In this document: piece after piece, positions 42,205 to 53,296 of the stretch
Numbering within the stretch: the first letter of the stretch is position 1
Layout: the number at the start of each line of letters is the position of its first letter
From: an uncultured Chroococcidiopsis sp.
GTDB lineage: Bacteria; Cyanobacteriota; Cyanobacteriia; Cyanobacteriales; Chroococcidiopsidaceae
Length of the DNA: 64,000 bases
Assembly: GCA_964248365.1 (NCBI GenBank)
Contig: CAXTYC010000018.1
Location: 32,001 to 96,000 of the forward strand
Direction: 5' to 3'
Notes under the pieces: model-generated
Told to the model about the DNA's origin: nothing
Seen by the model: the letters and a program-made list of their open reading frames with translations, nothing else
Databases searched by the model: none
Position numbers and translations under genes: made by a program

Positions 42205-43083
42205 CTAATTGCTAATTGTGCCATCGGGCATAATAGCTCCTTTGAGGGTGGCTCCGTATAAATTTGCTCGGTAAATGTCTGCACGGGTTAGTTTTGCCCG
42301 ACAGATATTTGCCCCGCAAAGTTTTGCTGCAACCAAATTCGCCTCTTCTAAGTTAGCTTCAATCAGATTAGTCCTTTCTAAATTCGCCTTGTGCAAGTCT
42401 GCCCCCTGAAGGTTCGCCTGCATTAGCTTCGCCTCCAATAAATCTGCTTCTTGGAGGTTGGCAGACGCTAAGTTAGCCTCCAGTAAATTCGTTCTGCGGA
42501 TATTCGCTTGCATCAAGTTTGCCTCGACCAGATCTGCCTTGCTCAGATTCGCCTTGTACAAATCTGCTCCTTGCAGGTTCGCGTTTTGCAAACAGGCAAG
42601 CTGAAGGTTTGCTACCACAAGATCCGCCATGAAAAGCGTAGCCCCCTTAAGGTTAGCTTCTCTCAGGAAAGCTCCTCTAAGATCTGCACCGCTCAAATTG
42701 GCACGTTCAAGATTAACTCGGCTTAGGTTGGCAAGTTGCAGGTTTACTCCGCTCAGATTTACCCCTTTAAAATTTATATTGATTTTGGGATTCTGTTCCC
42801 GCCACTCATTCCAGACAGATACCCCTTGCCCCAGCACTTCTAAGTATTCAAGGTTCAGTTTCTCTTCAACAGGATTTGCTTGCTTGATTTCTCTTTGTTG
42901 CGTTTGGGCTGCCAGTAACCGTTCAATCACTGCTTGTAGTTCTAGCAATGAATCTCGGTCTAGCAAGGATGCTTCTTGAGTAATCGATTGTATAGTAAGT
43001 TGGATACTTGTTTTAGAAGTAATCTGCTTGCCGATCATATTGTAGTAAAGAAGTGGTTGCTGATTTATTATGCCCAGAACCAT
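42205..43083 (-). CDS. Pentapeptide repeat protein
   Basis: A(D/N)Lxx repeats, WNEWR and MPDG end. Start uncertain. Confidence 0.9.
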   Translation of the reverse strand: MVLGIINQQPLLYYNMIGKQITSKTSIQLTIQSITQEASLLDRDSLLELQAVIERLLAAQTQQREIKQANPVEEKLNLEYLEVLGQGVSVWNEWREQNPKININFKGVNLSGVNLQLANLSRVNLERANLSGADLRGAFLREANLKGATLFMADLVVANLQLACLQNANLQGADLYKANLSKADLVEANLMQANIRRTNLLEANLASANLQEADLLEAKLMQANLQGADLHKANLERTNLIEANLEEANLVAAKLCGANICRAKLTRADIYRANLYGATLKGAIMPDGTISN

Positions 43084-43506
43084 TACCTCAATTATCTACA
43101 GCTTTTTAAAAAAGCCTTGTCACCCAACTTTTAGGGCTTCAAGAATGGCAGCACTTAACTAACTTTTTTATATCGCCTCACAGATAGGTTTATTATTTTA
43201 GCTTGCAATCTTCAATATAAAAGGCTATGGAGACGGACTAACTACGTAATCATTAATACACAGTATTATTGAGGAGAAACAATATATAAAGTGAAAAAAT
43301 ATTATAATTTCTACCTGTGTTCTCGCCATTTGAATCGGTCTTGCATAAAGATATACAGCTAACTACACCATTCGATGAAAAAGCCTAGCCGCCAATACTT
43401 ACGTATTGCTAATGCTAAGTAATGCAGAAAATACAAATCGAGTATTAGCTATAATTTAGCATTTATCCCGTTCGTAGTCAGTATTTATTTACTCCCTCAA
43501 TTATTC

Positions 43507-44172
43507 ATGCACCATCATCATTCCCACGATCGCGTTCATAGCTGCGGTGACAGTGAAGGTAGTCACCGCCTGCATAAAGTTCGATTGCTATGGACTGCGT
43601 TAGTACTTGTTAGCTGCTTTTCTTTATCAGAACTAGCTGTAAGTTTCTGGAGTCATAGTTTAGCTCTGCAAGCCGAATCCGGTCATATGATTTGTGATAG
43701 TTTAGCTTTAGGGTTGTCTGTAATAGCCGCTTGGAGCGCCTCTTCTGGGTTTGATAAAGTTAGTTTTGGCGTTGTGCGCTTTGAAGTTCTTGCAGCATTA
43801 GTCAATGGGATTGGTTTAGTAGCGATCGCACTTTGGATCGCAACCGAAGCGATCGCCCGTTTACAATCTCCTCCCGTCGAGATCTTAAGTTTACCAATGT
43901 TGATTACTGCGGTTCTAGGTTTAGGCGTAAACAGCATCAATGCCTTCTTACTCCACGATCACACTCACCATGACTTGAATATGCGGGGAGCTTTTCTCCA
44001 TATCATGGCAGATGTAATCGGTTCAGTTGGGGTAATTCTGGCTGCGATCGCTGTTTGGCTAATGCACTGGTTTTGGGCAGACGGATTGATTAGCTTATTA
44101 GTGTCTGGGTTAATTTTCCTAAGTGCCATTCCTTTAATCACCCAAACCCTTAATGAAATTCGTAATTCGTAA
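43507..44172 (+). CDS. Cation diffusion facilitator transporter lacking the C-terminal domain
   Basis: His-rich N-terminus, H-MIC-D and NMRGAFLHIMAD. Confidence 0.85.
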   Translation: MHHHHSHDRVHSCGDSEGSHRLHKVRLLWTALVLVSCFSLSELAVSFWSHSLALQAESGHMICDSLALGLSVIAAWSASSGFDKVSFGVVRFEVLAALVNGIGLVAIALWIATEAIARLQSPPVEILSLPMLITAVLGLGVNSINAFLLHDHTHHDLNMRGAFLHIMADVIGSVGVILAAIAVWLMHWFWADGLISLLVSGLIFLSAIPLITQTLNEIRNS

Positions 44173-44262
44173 TTCAAAATTCGTAACTGGTAACTGGTAA
44201 CTGGTAATCGGTAATTGTCTCTATCTGCCCTTTTCCCTCTCCTTCCTCTAGCCTCTTTGCCC

Positions 44263-44520
44263 CTAGTTTTCTAGTTCGTCGCACAATGTTAATACTTGTG
44301 GATTACAACGTTTGATTACAACTATAATCCCTTGCGCTCCTTCGCCATCAAGATCTTCAACGTATCCAGGGTAGGCAACTTTCGCTTCATCAGAGGTTTG
44401 GAAAGGTCCAAAATAGTATTTACAACGCGGCTCAGTAGTAATAATTTCTGCCCACCAAGCTGTCTTAAGTCCTGACATGAAGCCAATAGATAGCTGTTTG
44501 AGATTGTTGAGTATTTTCAT
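44263..44520 (-). CDS. DUF1816 protein
   Basis: WWAEI.T.EPRC.YYFGPF...GYVEDL..EGA. Confidence 0.85.
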   Translation of the reverse strand: MKILNNLKQLSIGFMSGLKTAWWAEIITTEPRCKYYFGPFQTSDEAKVAYPGYVEDLDGEGAQGIIVVIKRCNPQVLTLCDELEN

Positions 44521-44821
44521 AATGACTGAACAAATTATTCGCTATTTTTGCACCTTGCTTCTATCAAAAGACTTAAATTTTATATTAATAAAATTTTTGG
44601 TAGTTAGAAATACAAAAATTTTTAGATAAATTTGCTATCCAAGATATTTTTACCATTTTTACTAAAAAGATGGTGTTTTTTATTAATTAGATTTTAGCAT
44701 AAACTAAAAATTTGGTAATCCTCAATAAAAGGGAATAGGGACACTCTTTACTATGATTATCTATTTGCTTGTCAAATATATCTGATAAACCCTTATTACA
44801 AAAGTAATGGAATTACGAATT

Positions 44822-45622
44822 ATGAAGGTTGCTACTTGGAATGTCAACTCGATTCGCACTCGCCTTGTTCAGGTGGTGGATTGGTTGCGTCAAAATAGGG
44901 TGGATGTTTTATGTATGCAAGAAACCAAGGTGGTAGATGTAGACTTTCCGCGATCGCCTTTTGAGCAACTGGGTTATCACGTTTACGTATCAGGACAAAA
45001 ATCTTACAACGGTGTCGCCCTCCTTAGTAGTAAACCCCTGCAAGATATTACCACTGGCTTTACGCCAATCTTGGCAGGCAAAAGCAATATAGAGCCATCT
45101 TTATTGGATTTAGACGAGCAAAAGCGAGTAATCACGGGTGTAATCGATAGCACTCGGATTGTCAATCTTTATGTTCCCAATGGTTCAGCTGTAGGGAGTG
45201 AGAAATACGAATATAAGTTGCAGTGGTTAAAGGTGCTGAGGGAATACTTGCGATCGCTATTGCTTTCATCTCCTGCTATGTGTGTATGCGGTGATTTCAA
45301 CATTGCTCTAGAAGACCGAGATATTCACGATCCAGTTTCTCTCACAGGGAGTATTATGGCATCAGAGCAAGAGCGTCAAGCCTTAAGGGAAATTCTAGAA
45401 TTAGGATTTGCTGATGCTTTTCGGAAATTTACTACCGAAGGAGGATACTATAGCTGGTGGGACTATCGAGCGGCAGCATTTCGCCGTAACTGCGGTTGGC
45501 GAATCGATCATCACTATCTCACCCGTGAACTTTACAACCAGGCAAACAATTGCATCATTGACCGATCTCCTAGAAAGTTGCCCAAGCCTAGCGATCATGC
45601 CCCAGTTATAGTTGAGTTTTAA
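44822..45622 (+). CDS. xth: Exodeoxyribonuclease III
   Basis: ATWNVNSIR, QETK, GDFN, WWDYR, RIDH and SDHAPV. Confidence 0.95.
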   Translation: MKVATWNVNSIRTRLVQVVDWLRQNRVDVLCMQETKVVDVDFPRSPFEQLGYHVYVSGQKSYNGVALLSSKPLQDITTGFTPILAGKSNIEPSLLDLDEQKRVITGVIDSTRIVNLYVPNGSAVGSEKYEYKLQWLKVLREYLRSLLLSSPAMCVCGDFNIALEDRDIHDPVSLTGSIMASEQERQALREILELGFADAFRKFTTEGGYYSWWDYRAAAFRRNCGWRIDHHYLTRELYNQANNCIIDRSPRKLPKPSDHAPVIVEF

Positions 45623-45731
45623 CAGTTATCAGTTATCAGTTACCAGTTACCAGTTATCAGTTACCAACTACCAACTACCAGTTATCAGTTATTTGCAACA
45701 ATCTCGATCATCAACGGGGCTAATATAATAA

Positions 45732-46355
45732 GTGAGAAGACAAAAGCAAAGGCTAATTTTAACAGTTACTGCCCTCACAGTTATGAGTCTAACCTTTTTA
45801 GGCTCACCAATCAAAAGATGGGCTAATTCAACCCTTTTTGGCATCCTTAGCGCTAATGCCCAACAAACAGTACCAATCGCCGTAAGCCGCGATGTGTGGA
45901 AGCAAGTTTATCAAAAGTTACCTAATTTGCCTCAAGAGAACAAGTACGTTAGTAGAGACACTGGGAAAGTCAATCCAGACAACACCCTAGTAAATCGCCT
46001 GATTCAATACCACCTCTACGTTAGAGGTCGTTCTCCTATTTATCGGCTAGATTGGAAATTAACTCTAGCTGATTATCTAGGGGCAAACGAATTGATACAA
46101 GAAACTACTTATCCAGGGGCTAACACTTTACGAACAAATCCACTCTTAGGCGATCGCGCTGCCATTACCCGCCTCAACCGTAAACAGCGAGACGCTTTGG
46201 TGCAAAGCCTTGTCAGTGTCTTTAATCCCAATTCCTCAGATACAGCCACTGATACTCAAGCCCCACCCCAGCCATCTACCACACCCAGCAGCGTCCAGAC
46301 AAGCCCAAGCTTTCCGCAGCCAAAACCTGGAGATGCCCGACTGTTGCAACCCTAG
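45732..46355 (+). CDS. Conserved cyanobacterial exported hypothetical protein
   Basis: Signal-like N-terminus and RLDWKLTLADYLG. Confidence 0.7.
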   Translation: MRRQKQRLILTVTALTVMSLTFLGSPIKRWANSTLFGILSANAQQTVPIAVSRDVWKQVYQKLPNLPQENKYVSRDTGKVNPDNTLVNRLIQYHLYVRGRSPIYRLDWKLTLADYLGANELIQETTYPGANTLRTNPLLGDRAAITRLNRKQRDALVQSLVSVFNPNSSDTATDTQAPPQPSTTPSSVQTSPSFPQPKPGDARLLQP

Positions 46356-46497
46356 CTAGGGGCTAAGGGCTAGGGGCGCTGGGGCGCTGGGGAAAGCAAA
46401 GGGGCTTTTGGGGGCATTCAGGGGCTTCAGGGAAATTACCCTTTACCCTTTTACCTTTTACCTTTTCCCTTTTACCTTTCACCAATTACCAATTACT

Positions 46498-46863
46498 ATG
46501 GAGCGTGTGGTTAAAAGTGGGGCTGGTTGGCGGCTTGGTTGGAATCCGAATGCTGCTGAATTTAAAGGCTTAGTAGGTGCAGATGATTGGGCGATTGAAT
46601 TGACTGGGGCAGAGTTAGATGATTTTTGCCGCTTGTGTACACAGCTAGTAGAAACAATGAATCAGCTAGCCAGTGAATTGATGGATGAGGAGAAAATAGC
46701 TATTGATGCCGAAAGCGGTTTAATGTGGATGGAAGTAGAAGGATATGCTCATGCTTATAGCTTACGCTTGATTTTGAATACTGGGCGCTGTGCCGAGGTG
46801 AGTTGGTCATCTGATGCAGTTCCAGGTTTAGTTCAAGCTGCTCAAACGCTAACAGTTTTCTAA
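46498..46863 (+). CDS. DUF1818 protein
   Basis: GAGWRLGW and WAIELT..E..DF. Confidence 0.8.
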   Translation: MERVVKSGAGWRLGWNPNAAEFKGLVGADDWAIELTGAELDDFCRLCTQLVETMNQLASELMDEEKIAIDAESGLMWMEVEGYAHAYSLRLILNTGRCAEVSWSSDAVPGLVQAAQTLTVF

Positions 46864-46911
46864 ATTTTGTGTGCGAGCGCACACAAATTATGCTAAGATA
46901 GAAATCATGAT

Positions 46912-46985
46912 CGGGGCGTAGCGCAGCTTGGTAGCGCGCCACTTTGGGGTAGTGGAGGTCGTGGGTTCGAATCCCGCCGCTCCGA
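46912..46985 (+). tRNA. tRNA-Pro (anticodon GGG)
   Basis: Acceptor stem CGGGGCG/CGCTCCG, anticodon arm CCACT-TTGGGGT-AGTGG and GGTTCGAATCC T-arm. Confidence 0.97.
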
Positions 46986-47329
46986 TTTACAGAAACCCTT
47001 ACACGGTATGCTTTCCAGTCTATTGGTAGCATCCCTGTAACTAATGTGTTTCAAATTTGATAACTGCCTTCTTGAGTATGGTTTAAGTACAGGTTCCATT
47101 TTCATGCCGTAACAATTCTTAACCATCTTTCCGTCATTCTAGCCAGTTCGTTCAGCGCCCCAGCACTCCGGTCACTTTCTATCCGTGCAGCGATAATTGG
47201 TATTGGTGCGCCTCTCCCGCTTAGCATTACTTCCAGCAAAGCTAACCATGATTTTTGAGGTAACTCGGTCTTGTGGCTCATCAACCCGAATATTTAAGAA
47301 AATTTTACATTTTACAGATTAGTGTGACG

Positions 47330-47614
47330 CTAATCAAGTAAAGCTTTCAATTCTGCCCAGAGTTCTCTGGCTAGTTGCTTTCTAGGATTCTTAGAATAAT
47401 TTATGCAGTAGGTCTTAGCATCCCATTTTTTCAACAGTCCCTGAAGCCTATCTTTCAACTGTGTATCATTGGCTGGCTTTGAGTCTAAAGCTTTAATTAG
47501 CTCTGGGAGCCTATCAGCTACACTGGCTGGGACACGAACAGTCTTTGTTTCTTCCCCAAACTTACCACCCCAGGGCTTTCTCCCAGCTCCTGGTCTATAT
47601 CCGCCGCGTGGCAT
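47330..47614 (-). CDS. Small putative DNA-binding protein typical of mobile elements
   Basis: MPRGGYRPGAGRKP followed by TKTVRVP (RHH-like strand). Confidence 0.65.
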   Translation of the reverse strand: MPRGGYRPGAGRKPWGGKFGEETKTVRVPASVADRLPELIKALDSKPANDTQLKDRLQGLLKKWDAKTYCINYSKNPRKQLARELWAELKALLD

Positions 47615-48296
47615 CCTCTTGGCTCCTTAGATTATCGTAACAATAATCATAATTTACTTTGATTTTTGTTGCAATAATCAAAAATCCCCTGTTCCAGCTA
47701 GCCAACGAGGTAGAGAAAAACTATTTTGGTGATAGGCTCCAGTCTCTCCAACGGGAATTGGTTCTTATTGAGAGCATTCTCAATTATTTTTCCCCACAGT
47801 TACGCCCGATTTTAGAAAAAGTAGGTAACAGGGGGGGGTATAAGAATGCCATAACCATGAGGGGTTCAGCCTGGGTGTACCTTAAATGGGGAGAGTACAG
47901 TCCCCACGAGCGCAGCGAACGAAGTGAGTTGTGCGAGTATCCCCCACGACTTAATTACTCCAAAATCACTTCATCTGTCGCCAAAATCCAAATCTCAACG
48001 AAAAAACTGCATACCGACTAGCGGGATTTGCAGCAGGGCGGCAAAATCTAGAACAATCAGCTATCAAACAACCCAAATCAGACTTTAAGCAATATGTGTG
48101 TCTATATTCTCAACCGAGTCACTTCGCTGTTGTCTATGTCAGGGGCGATCGCCACAGTACTATTTACCACTGTTCTTCTCAATTTGGAGTGATTTAATTT
48201 TTCTTACTTAACCTTAACATTCAATTCTTTTAAAACATTCTACCCTATGGAATTGAATTGCTAAGATCGAAGCGTTAAATCCTCTTTGAGCTATCT

Positions 48297-48725
48297 ATGA
48301 AGTTTTTTGGCTTCCATCAACTTCGCCGCATTTCGATTTTAATATCGGCACTTGCTCTGATGCTGAGTATTACTCCAATTGTTCAAGCGCAAACGAATCA
48401 AGCGGAAATTGAAACAGCAACATTAACAAATGTAAAGCTTTCCGCCCAGCAAAAAGCTCACGTTACTGGGCTTATAGAGACAACTCGTTCACAAATTTCG
48501 AGTATTCTAACTCCAGCACAGCAACATCAGTTCCAAGCAGCCTTGCAAGGAGATACTACCTTTGATGCTGCTTTTGCAGCGATGAAACTTTCCCAACAAC
48601 AGCACACCAAGCTACAGAAAATTCTATCGTCTTCCCAGAAACAAGCAGAGGCAGTTTTGACCCGAAAGCAGTTTTTGCAAGTACGCCTCAACTTGGAAAA
48701 CTATCTAGAGAGGCATAAAATTTAG
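48297..48725 (+). CDS. Spy/CpxP-like periplasmic protein
   Basis: Signal peptide and repeated L(S/T)xxQ motifs. Confidence 0.65.
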   Translation: MKFFGFHQLRRISILISALALMLSITPIVQAQTNQAEIETATLTNVKLSAQQKAHVTGLIETTRSQISSILTPAQQHQFQAALQGDTTFDAAFAAMKLSQQQHTKLQKILSSSQKQAEAVLTRKQFLQVRLNLENYLERHKI

Positions 48726-48875
48726 TAGCATTATTAACTTAATGATTACCAATTCAAGCTTTGAGAACGGGAGCGATGTATTAATTTTGTCAAGTTGGAA
48801 GTCATGAGCTTCGCTCACAATAATATTGCAAGGGCAATTTGATTAGAGTAATTAAAATCAGCAGAGCGTTCTTGT

Positions 48876-49856
48876 ATGAAATACGTAAAACTTGGCAATA
48901 CTGGACTCAAAGTTTCTCGCCTCTGCCTTGGTACGATGACTTATGGAAGTCCTAAGTGGCGCGAGTGGGTACTTGGTGAAGAAGAAAGCCGTCCATTCAT
49001 TGAACGAGCATTGTCAGCTGGCATCAATTTCTTTGACACTGCTGATATGTATTCTTTGGGTGAAAGTGAAAAGATTTTGGGGCAGGCACTCAAGGAAATT
49101 ACCACACGGCAGCAGGTGGTTATTGCTACTAAAGTGTTCAATCCAATGAGCGACGATCCAAATGATCGCGGGCTATCGCGCCAGCACATCTTTAACAGCA
49201 TTGATGCTTCTTTGCGGCGGTTACAAACTGATTATGTAGACTTGTACCAAATTCATCGTTGGGATGACCAAACACCAATCGAAGAAACCTTAGAAGCTTT
49301 GCATGACGTGGTAAAAGCTGGAAAGGCACGTTATATTGGTGCTTCTAGTATGTATGCTTGGCAGTTCGCTAAAGCACTGTATTTAGCGGATCTGCATGGC
49401 TGGACTCGCTTTGTCTCTATGCAAAATCACTACAACCTAGTCTACCGAGAAGAAGAGAGGGAAATGCTGCCGCTATGTAGAGCAGAAGGCATTGGTACGA
49501 TCCCCTGGAGTCCTCTTGCCAGAGGATTTTTGGTAGGCAATCGGCAGCGGCAGACCAAAGGAGAAACTATCCGTGCTAAAACTGATGATTTTGCCCATCA
49601 GCTTTACTACGACGAATCTGATTTCCAAGTGGTCGAGCGAGTTGTTGAACTGGCGGGGCAGCGAGGTGTTTCTCCAGCACAAATTGCCCTAGCTTGGTTA
49701 CTACATCAACCAGGTGTAACATCTCCCATTATCGGTGCTAGCAAGATGCACCACTTGGAAGAGGCATTAGCAGCACTGGAAATCGAGTTAAGTGATGATG
49801 AGTGCGCCCAGCTTGAGCAGCCTTATAAACCCCATCCGGTTTTGGGACACCGTTAG
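48876..49856 (+). CDS. Aldo/keto reductase
   Basis: LCLGTM, DTADMY, IATK, DLYQIHRWD and PWSPLARG. Confidence 0.94.
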   Translation: MKYVKLGNTGLKVSRLCLGTMTYGSPKWREWVLGEEESRPFIERALSAGINFFDTADMYSLGESEKILGQALKEITTRQQVVIATKVFNPMSDDPNDRGLSRQHIFNSIDASLRRLQTDYVDLYQIHRWDDQTPIEETLEALHDVVKAGKARYIGASSMYAWQFAKALYLADLHGWTRFVSMQNHYNLVYREEEREMLPLCRAEGIGTIPWSPLARGFLVGNRQRQTKGETIRAKTDDFAHQLYYDESDFQVVERVVELAGQRGVSPAQIALAWLLHQPGVTSPIIGASKMHHLEEALAALEIELSDDECAQLEQPYKPHPVLGHR

Positions 49857-50011
49857 CTAAGGTTAGTAGTGTATTAGGATGCCAGGTAAGTGGAGCTACC
49901 ACACTGACAGCAGACACAAACACTACCTTCACTCTTGGCTTTGCTTAAAGCGCCTTGCTCAAGAAGTAGATTTGCGCTTCGCTTGTTGAGTTAACCGCAG
50001 TAAAGCAAAAA

Positions 50012-51172
50012 TTACGCCAGACCAGAACTAGGGTAGCTACGAACTTTATTAGTTTCGACTTCGCTGTTAATGGCAGCACGATAGGTATCAACGGCATGGT
50101 TGGGCAGTACGTCGCCATATTGTGTTAAGAAAGACCATCCTTGCCCGACGTGCAAGTATACATCCTGACGAAAGATAGTCGGGGGTGAGAGGGGAATCGA
50201 ATCTGCCAGATTGAAGATGCGATAGCTGTTGGGTATCATCTGACTGTGCATTTGAGCAAAACTTGGATTGCCAACTCGTGGTCCTGCGTAAGTGTAGAGT
50301 CGGATTTGCTCTTTGAGTTGGGGAACCTTGAGTGCAATATCAATGGCTGCAAGGGTAGCAAGGGCAGCCCCTAAGCTATGCCCTGATATATAGCAAGGCA
50401 GTAATGGATTTAACTGGCTGGCAATTTCACGAGTTTGCCCTGCCAAATTTTTATAAATATTGGCAAAACCAGAGTGAATTTTACTATTAGCAAAACCTTC
50501 ATAGAGTTTTTGGAAAAGCAGTACATCTCCAATCCACTCCGTTGTTCTTTGAGTGCCGCGAAAAATGATGATGTTGGCAGTCTTAGAGGTCAGAACAAAG
50601 CCAAAATAGACGGGAATAAGCTGCTTGATTTTCACGTATTGTGTGACACTATCCCCTATTGCACTCTGAGCAGTGTCTAAGTTACTTTCAACTGGGTCAG
50701 AAGTGGCAGGAGGTGAATCGGTTGTTGCTGGCACATCAACCTCAATGGTTTCTGAACTACGCGCATCTTCCAAACCCTTCAATGAGGCGATTTGAGTATA
50801 GCCATCTAGCTCATAAGTATATGCAGGTAATGATTTAATCGATCCATTAAAGGAGGGATCTACTTTGCCCGATAGGTATTGCTGAGTCCCCAGTTTGCTA
50901 CATAGGATCAAAAGCTTAGATATGCCTCGGTCGTAGGGAACTTTGGGTGGCGTTAGCTTTACCGATGCCTGAATCTTTATTCCTTGATTGATTTTCTTAG
51001 CATCAGCTTCAAAAGTTTCCTTCAAACGACTTTGAAGGTTTGCCTGAGATTCCTTGCGAGCCAATGCCTCTAATCTGCTTTGCGATCGCAGTCGTTGGTA
51101 ATTGCGAGAAATAGTTGCTACTACCCCAAATGTCAGTCCTGCAAGCAGAAGTTGCCTACGTCTTAGCTTCAT
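50012..51172 (-). CDS. Class 3 lipase with twin-arginine-type signal
   Basis: LRRRQLL, FRGT, GHSLGAA and PRVGN. Confidence 0.88.
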   Translation of the reverse strand: MKLRRRQLLLAGLTFGVVATISRNYQRLRSQSRLEALARKESQANLQSRLKETFEADAKKINQGIKIQASVKLTPPKVPYDRGISKLLILCSKLGTQQYLSGKVDPSFNGSIKSLPAYTYELDGYTQIASLKGLEDARSSETIEVDVPATTDSPPATSDPVESNLDTAQSAIGDSVTQYVKIKQLIPVYFGFVLTSKTANIIIFRGTQRTTEWIGDVLLFQKLYEGFANSKIHSGFANIYKNLAGQTREIASQLNPLLPCYISGHSLGAALATLAAIDIALKVPQLKEQIRLYTYAGPRVGNPSFAQMHSQMIPNSYRIFNLADSIPLSPPTIFRQDVYLHVGQGWSFLTQYGDVLPNHAVDTYRAAINSEVETNKVRSYPSSGLA

Positions 51173-51603
51173 TATCGTCTTCCTTCACTACCACTGGCAT
51201 AGAACTGGTTAGTCACCTGCCCCAGTGTCCAAGTAAGGGTAGACAACGCCGCACAGATGGCTAACCCAGAGAACAGTGGCACAAACAACCCAAAACAGAA
51301 AATTGTTACCCAAGCCATCAAGGCGAGTGCAAAAGCCCCTAGAAAACCAAAAAGGTTTCCTGCGATCGCTAAGAAATCTTGACCTTTAGTATAGCCCCAC
51401 CTTGAGCCTATATCCCACATCATTTTCAGTATCAAAACACCAACTACCAGCAATGTTAACGTTAAAGTACTGCGAACCGGATTTAGCCCGATGATTGCTG
51501 CTCCCATAGCATAATCCAAAATTAAATTGCGAACTTGCCGATGACGTTGGATGAGAAATGGCGGTGTTGCAAATGCCTCAGATTCTTGCGGTTTTGTTGA
51601 CAT
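51172..51603 (-). CDS. Membrane protein translationally coupled to the lipase
   Basis: Hydrophobic helices and TAATG stop/start overlap. Confidence 0.65.
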   Translation of the reverse strand: MSTKPQESEAFATPPFLIQRHRQVRNLILDYAMGAAIIGLNPVRSTLTLTLLVVGVLILKMMWDIGSRWGYTKGQDFLAIAGNLFGFLGAFALALMAWVTIFCFGLFVPLFSGLAICAALSTLTWTLGQVTNQFYASGSEGRR

Positions 51604-51824
51604 ATGAACATGAACGGATGGGTGGCAAAAACTATTAGAGAAAGCATTGCTCCTAGAACAGAAGCAATTTACGCAACTACTTTTAATATTTGAGCAATAA
51701 AGTTAAATTGGACTAAATTATTACCTTTCTTAATATCTAAAACTTGAAGAACACAAATCTTGAGGCTTACAAATACGCTGTCATTAGGAGGCGTAATTTA
51801 TTTCCGCTCTTTACTATAGCAGTC

Positions 51825-52480
51825 CTAAATCATTTGTGAAAGCGCATTGTACATAAACATTTTCGGGAAATCAAATATTTGATGGTGAGTTACAAGTTCA
51901 AATAATCTCTGAACCGCAGCGAAGGATTTGCACAGATGATAAAACTCTCTTACAAACTTTTTAGCAAACAACCAAATATCTTCGACAGGGTTTTGTTTGG
52001 GGTCATTTGGAGCGCTCTCGTATGCAAGTAACTTTCCATTCGTTCTCATTAAGTCCTTGATTGATGGATTCTAAGTAAGCTTGAAATTCAGCCGAACGAT
52101 GATAACTGGCTCCGTCCCAAATCAAAGCAATGCGGCTTTTAGGAAATTGAGCCAGCAGATATTCAACAAAAGCGATCGCTTATGAAGAATCTCCCTTTTT
52201 ATAGGGTTTTACCAAAAATTCTTGTGTGTAATAGTTCAGCGCACCGAAATAAGTCTGCCTCTGTCGCTCGTTGACCACTGGGACTTCAATTCTTTCTTTT
52301 GTCTTCCCCCAAACATAACCACAGATATCTCACCACAAAAGATGGCATTCATCCTCGAAGAACACAACGAGTTTTCCAGATTTAATCTCAGATTGATGCG
52401 TCTCGATCCATGCAGTTATTTCCCTTTTTTTTTGCTACCAAATCAGGGTCGAGACGGGGATTCTTTTTCTGCGTTCACCA
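51825..52480 (-). mobile_element. Degenerate IS630-family transposase
   Basis: KNPRLDPDLVAKK with an A9 run, FFEDECHLLW*D, LIWDGASYHRS and APNDPKQNPVEDIW. Stops, frameshifts and 5' truncation. Confidence 0.85.
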
Positions 52481-52780
52481 TTTTTAACCTGAAGCCTTGG
52501 CGAATTTATTAATGTGATGGGTTCTCAGAAATTTTAGAACGTAGCAAGGGTAAAAAAGAAGACAAAGAATTTTACCACAATTGGCATCATATACAACAAG
52601 TAAGATAAAAAATCAAGCTTGAAAGTTTGTGTACCTTTAAAGGATGAGAAGAAAACCTACATTGAGTGAGAATACCTACGCGATCGCCCAATTAACGCCA
52701 GAAAAAATATAAAGCTGGATTTGATAAGATAAAAGTATAGAATTAAATACCGACAAAGTTAAACCTCTGTGGAGAAAGCT

Positions 52781-53200
52781 ATGAAATTGATTGCTGCAAC
52801 TTTGCGGCGCTTGGGTTTAGCGGTTTTAACAATCGTTTTGGTTGCCAGTAGCTTCGCTTTATTTTCTGCCCCTGCTGCTGCCGACACTTACCAAATTAAG
52901 CTAGGTTCTGATAAGGGAATGCTGGCGTTTGAGCCGTCAAAACTGAGCGTCAAACCAGGCGACACAATTGAGTGGGTGAACAACAAAGTTCCTCCTCATA
53001 ATGTTGTCTTCGATGCAGCCAACAACCCCAGTAAGAGCGCTGATTTGGCTAAGGGTTTGTCTCACAAGCAGTTGCTAATGACTCCAGGGCAAACAGTAAA
53101 AACTACCATTCCAGCTGATGCACCTGCTGGGGATTACACATTCTACTGTGAACCCCATCGTGGCGCTGGCATGATTGGTAAAATTACAGTCGAAGGCTAG
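52781..53200 (+). CDS. petE: Plastocyanin
   Basis: PPHNVVF, YCEPHRGAGM and a signal peptide ending AAA. Confidence 0.97.
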   Translation: MKLIAATLRRLGLAVLTIVLVASSFALFSAPAAADTYQIKLGSDKGMLAFEPSKLSVKPGDTIEWVNNKVPPHNVVFDAANNPSKSADLAKGLSHKQLLMTPGQTVKTTIPADAPAGDYTFYCEPHRGAGMIGKITVEG

Positions 53201-53261
53201 AGACGTGGCGAACAGCTACGCTCCCGACTTGAAATAAAGCCTCAATCCCATAATAACTAGA

Positions 53262-53296
53262 GCCTCGAAAGATTCAAAGACTTTCGAGGCATTTTA
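53262..53296 (+). terminator. Probable intrinsic terminator after petE
   Basis: 10-bp stem GCCTCGAAAG/CTTTCGAGGC followed by ATTTT. Confidence 0.65.

Noticed and set aside
46700..47126. Minus-strand ORFs overlapping the tRNA
   Set aside because: Antisense read-through of tRNA-Pro.
52222..52512. 96-aa plus-strand ORF
   Set aside because: Antisense to the IS630 transposase relic.
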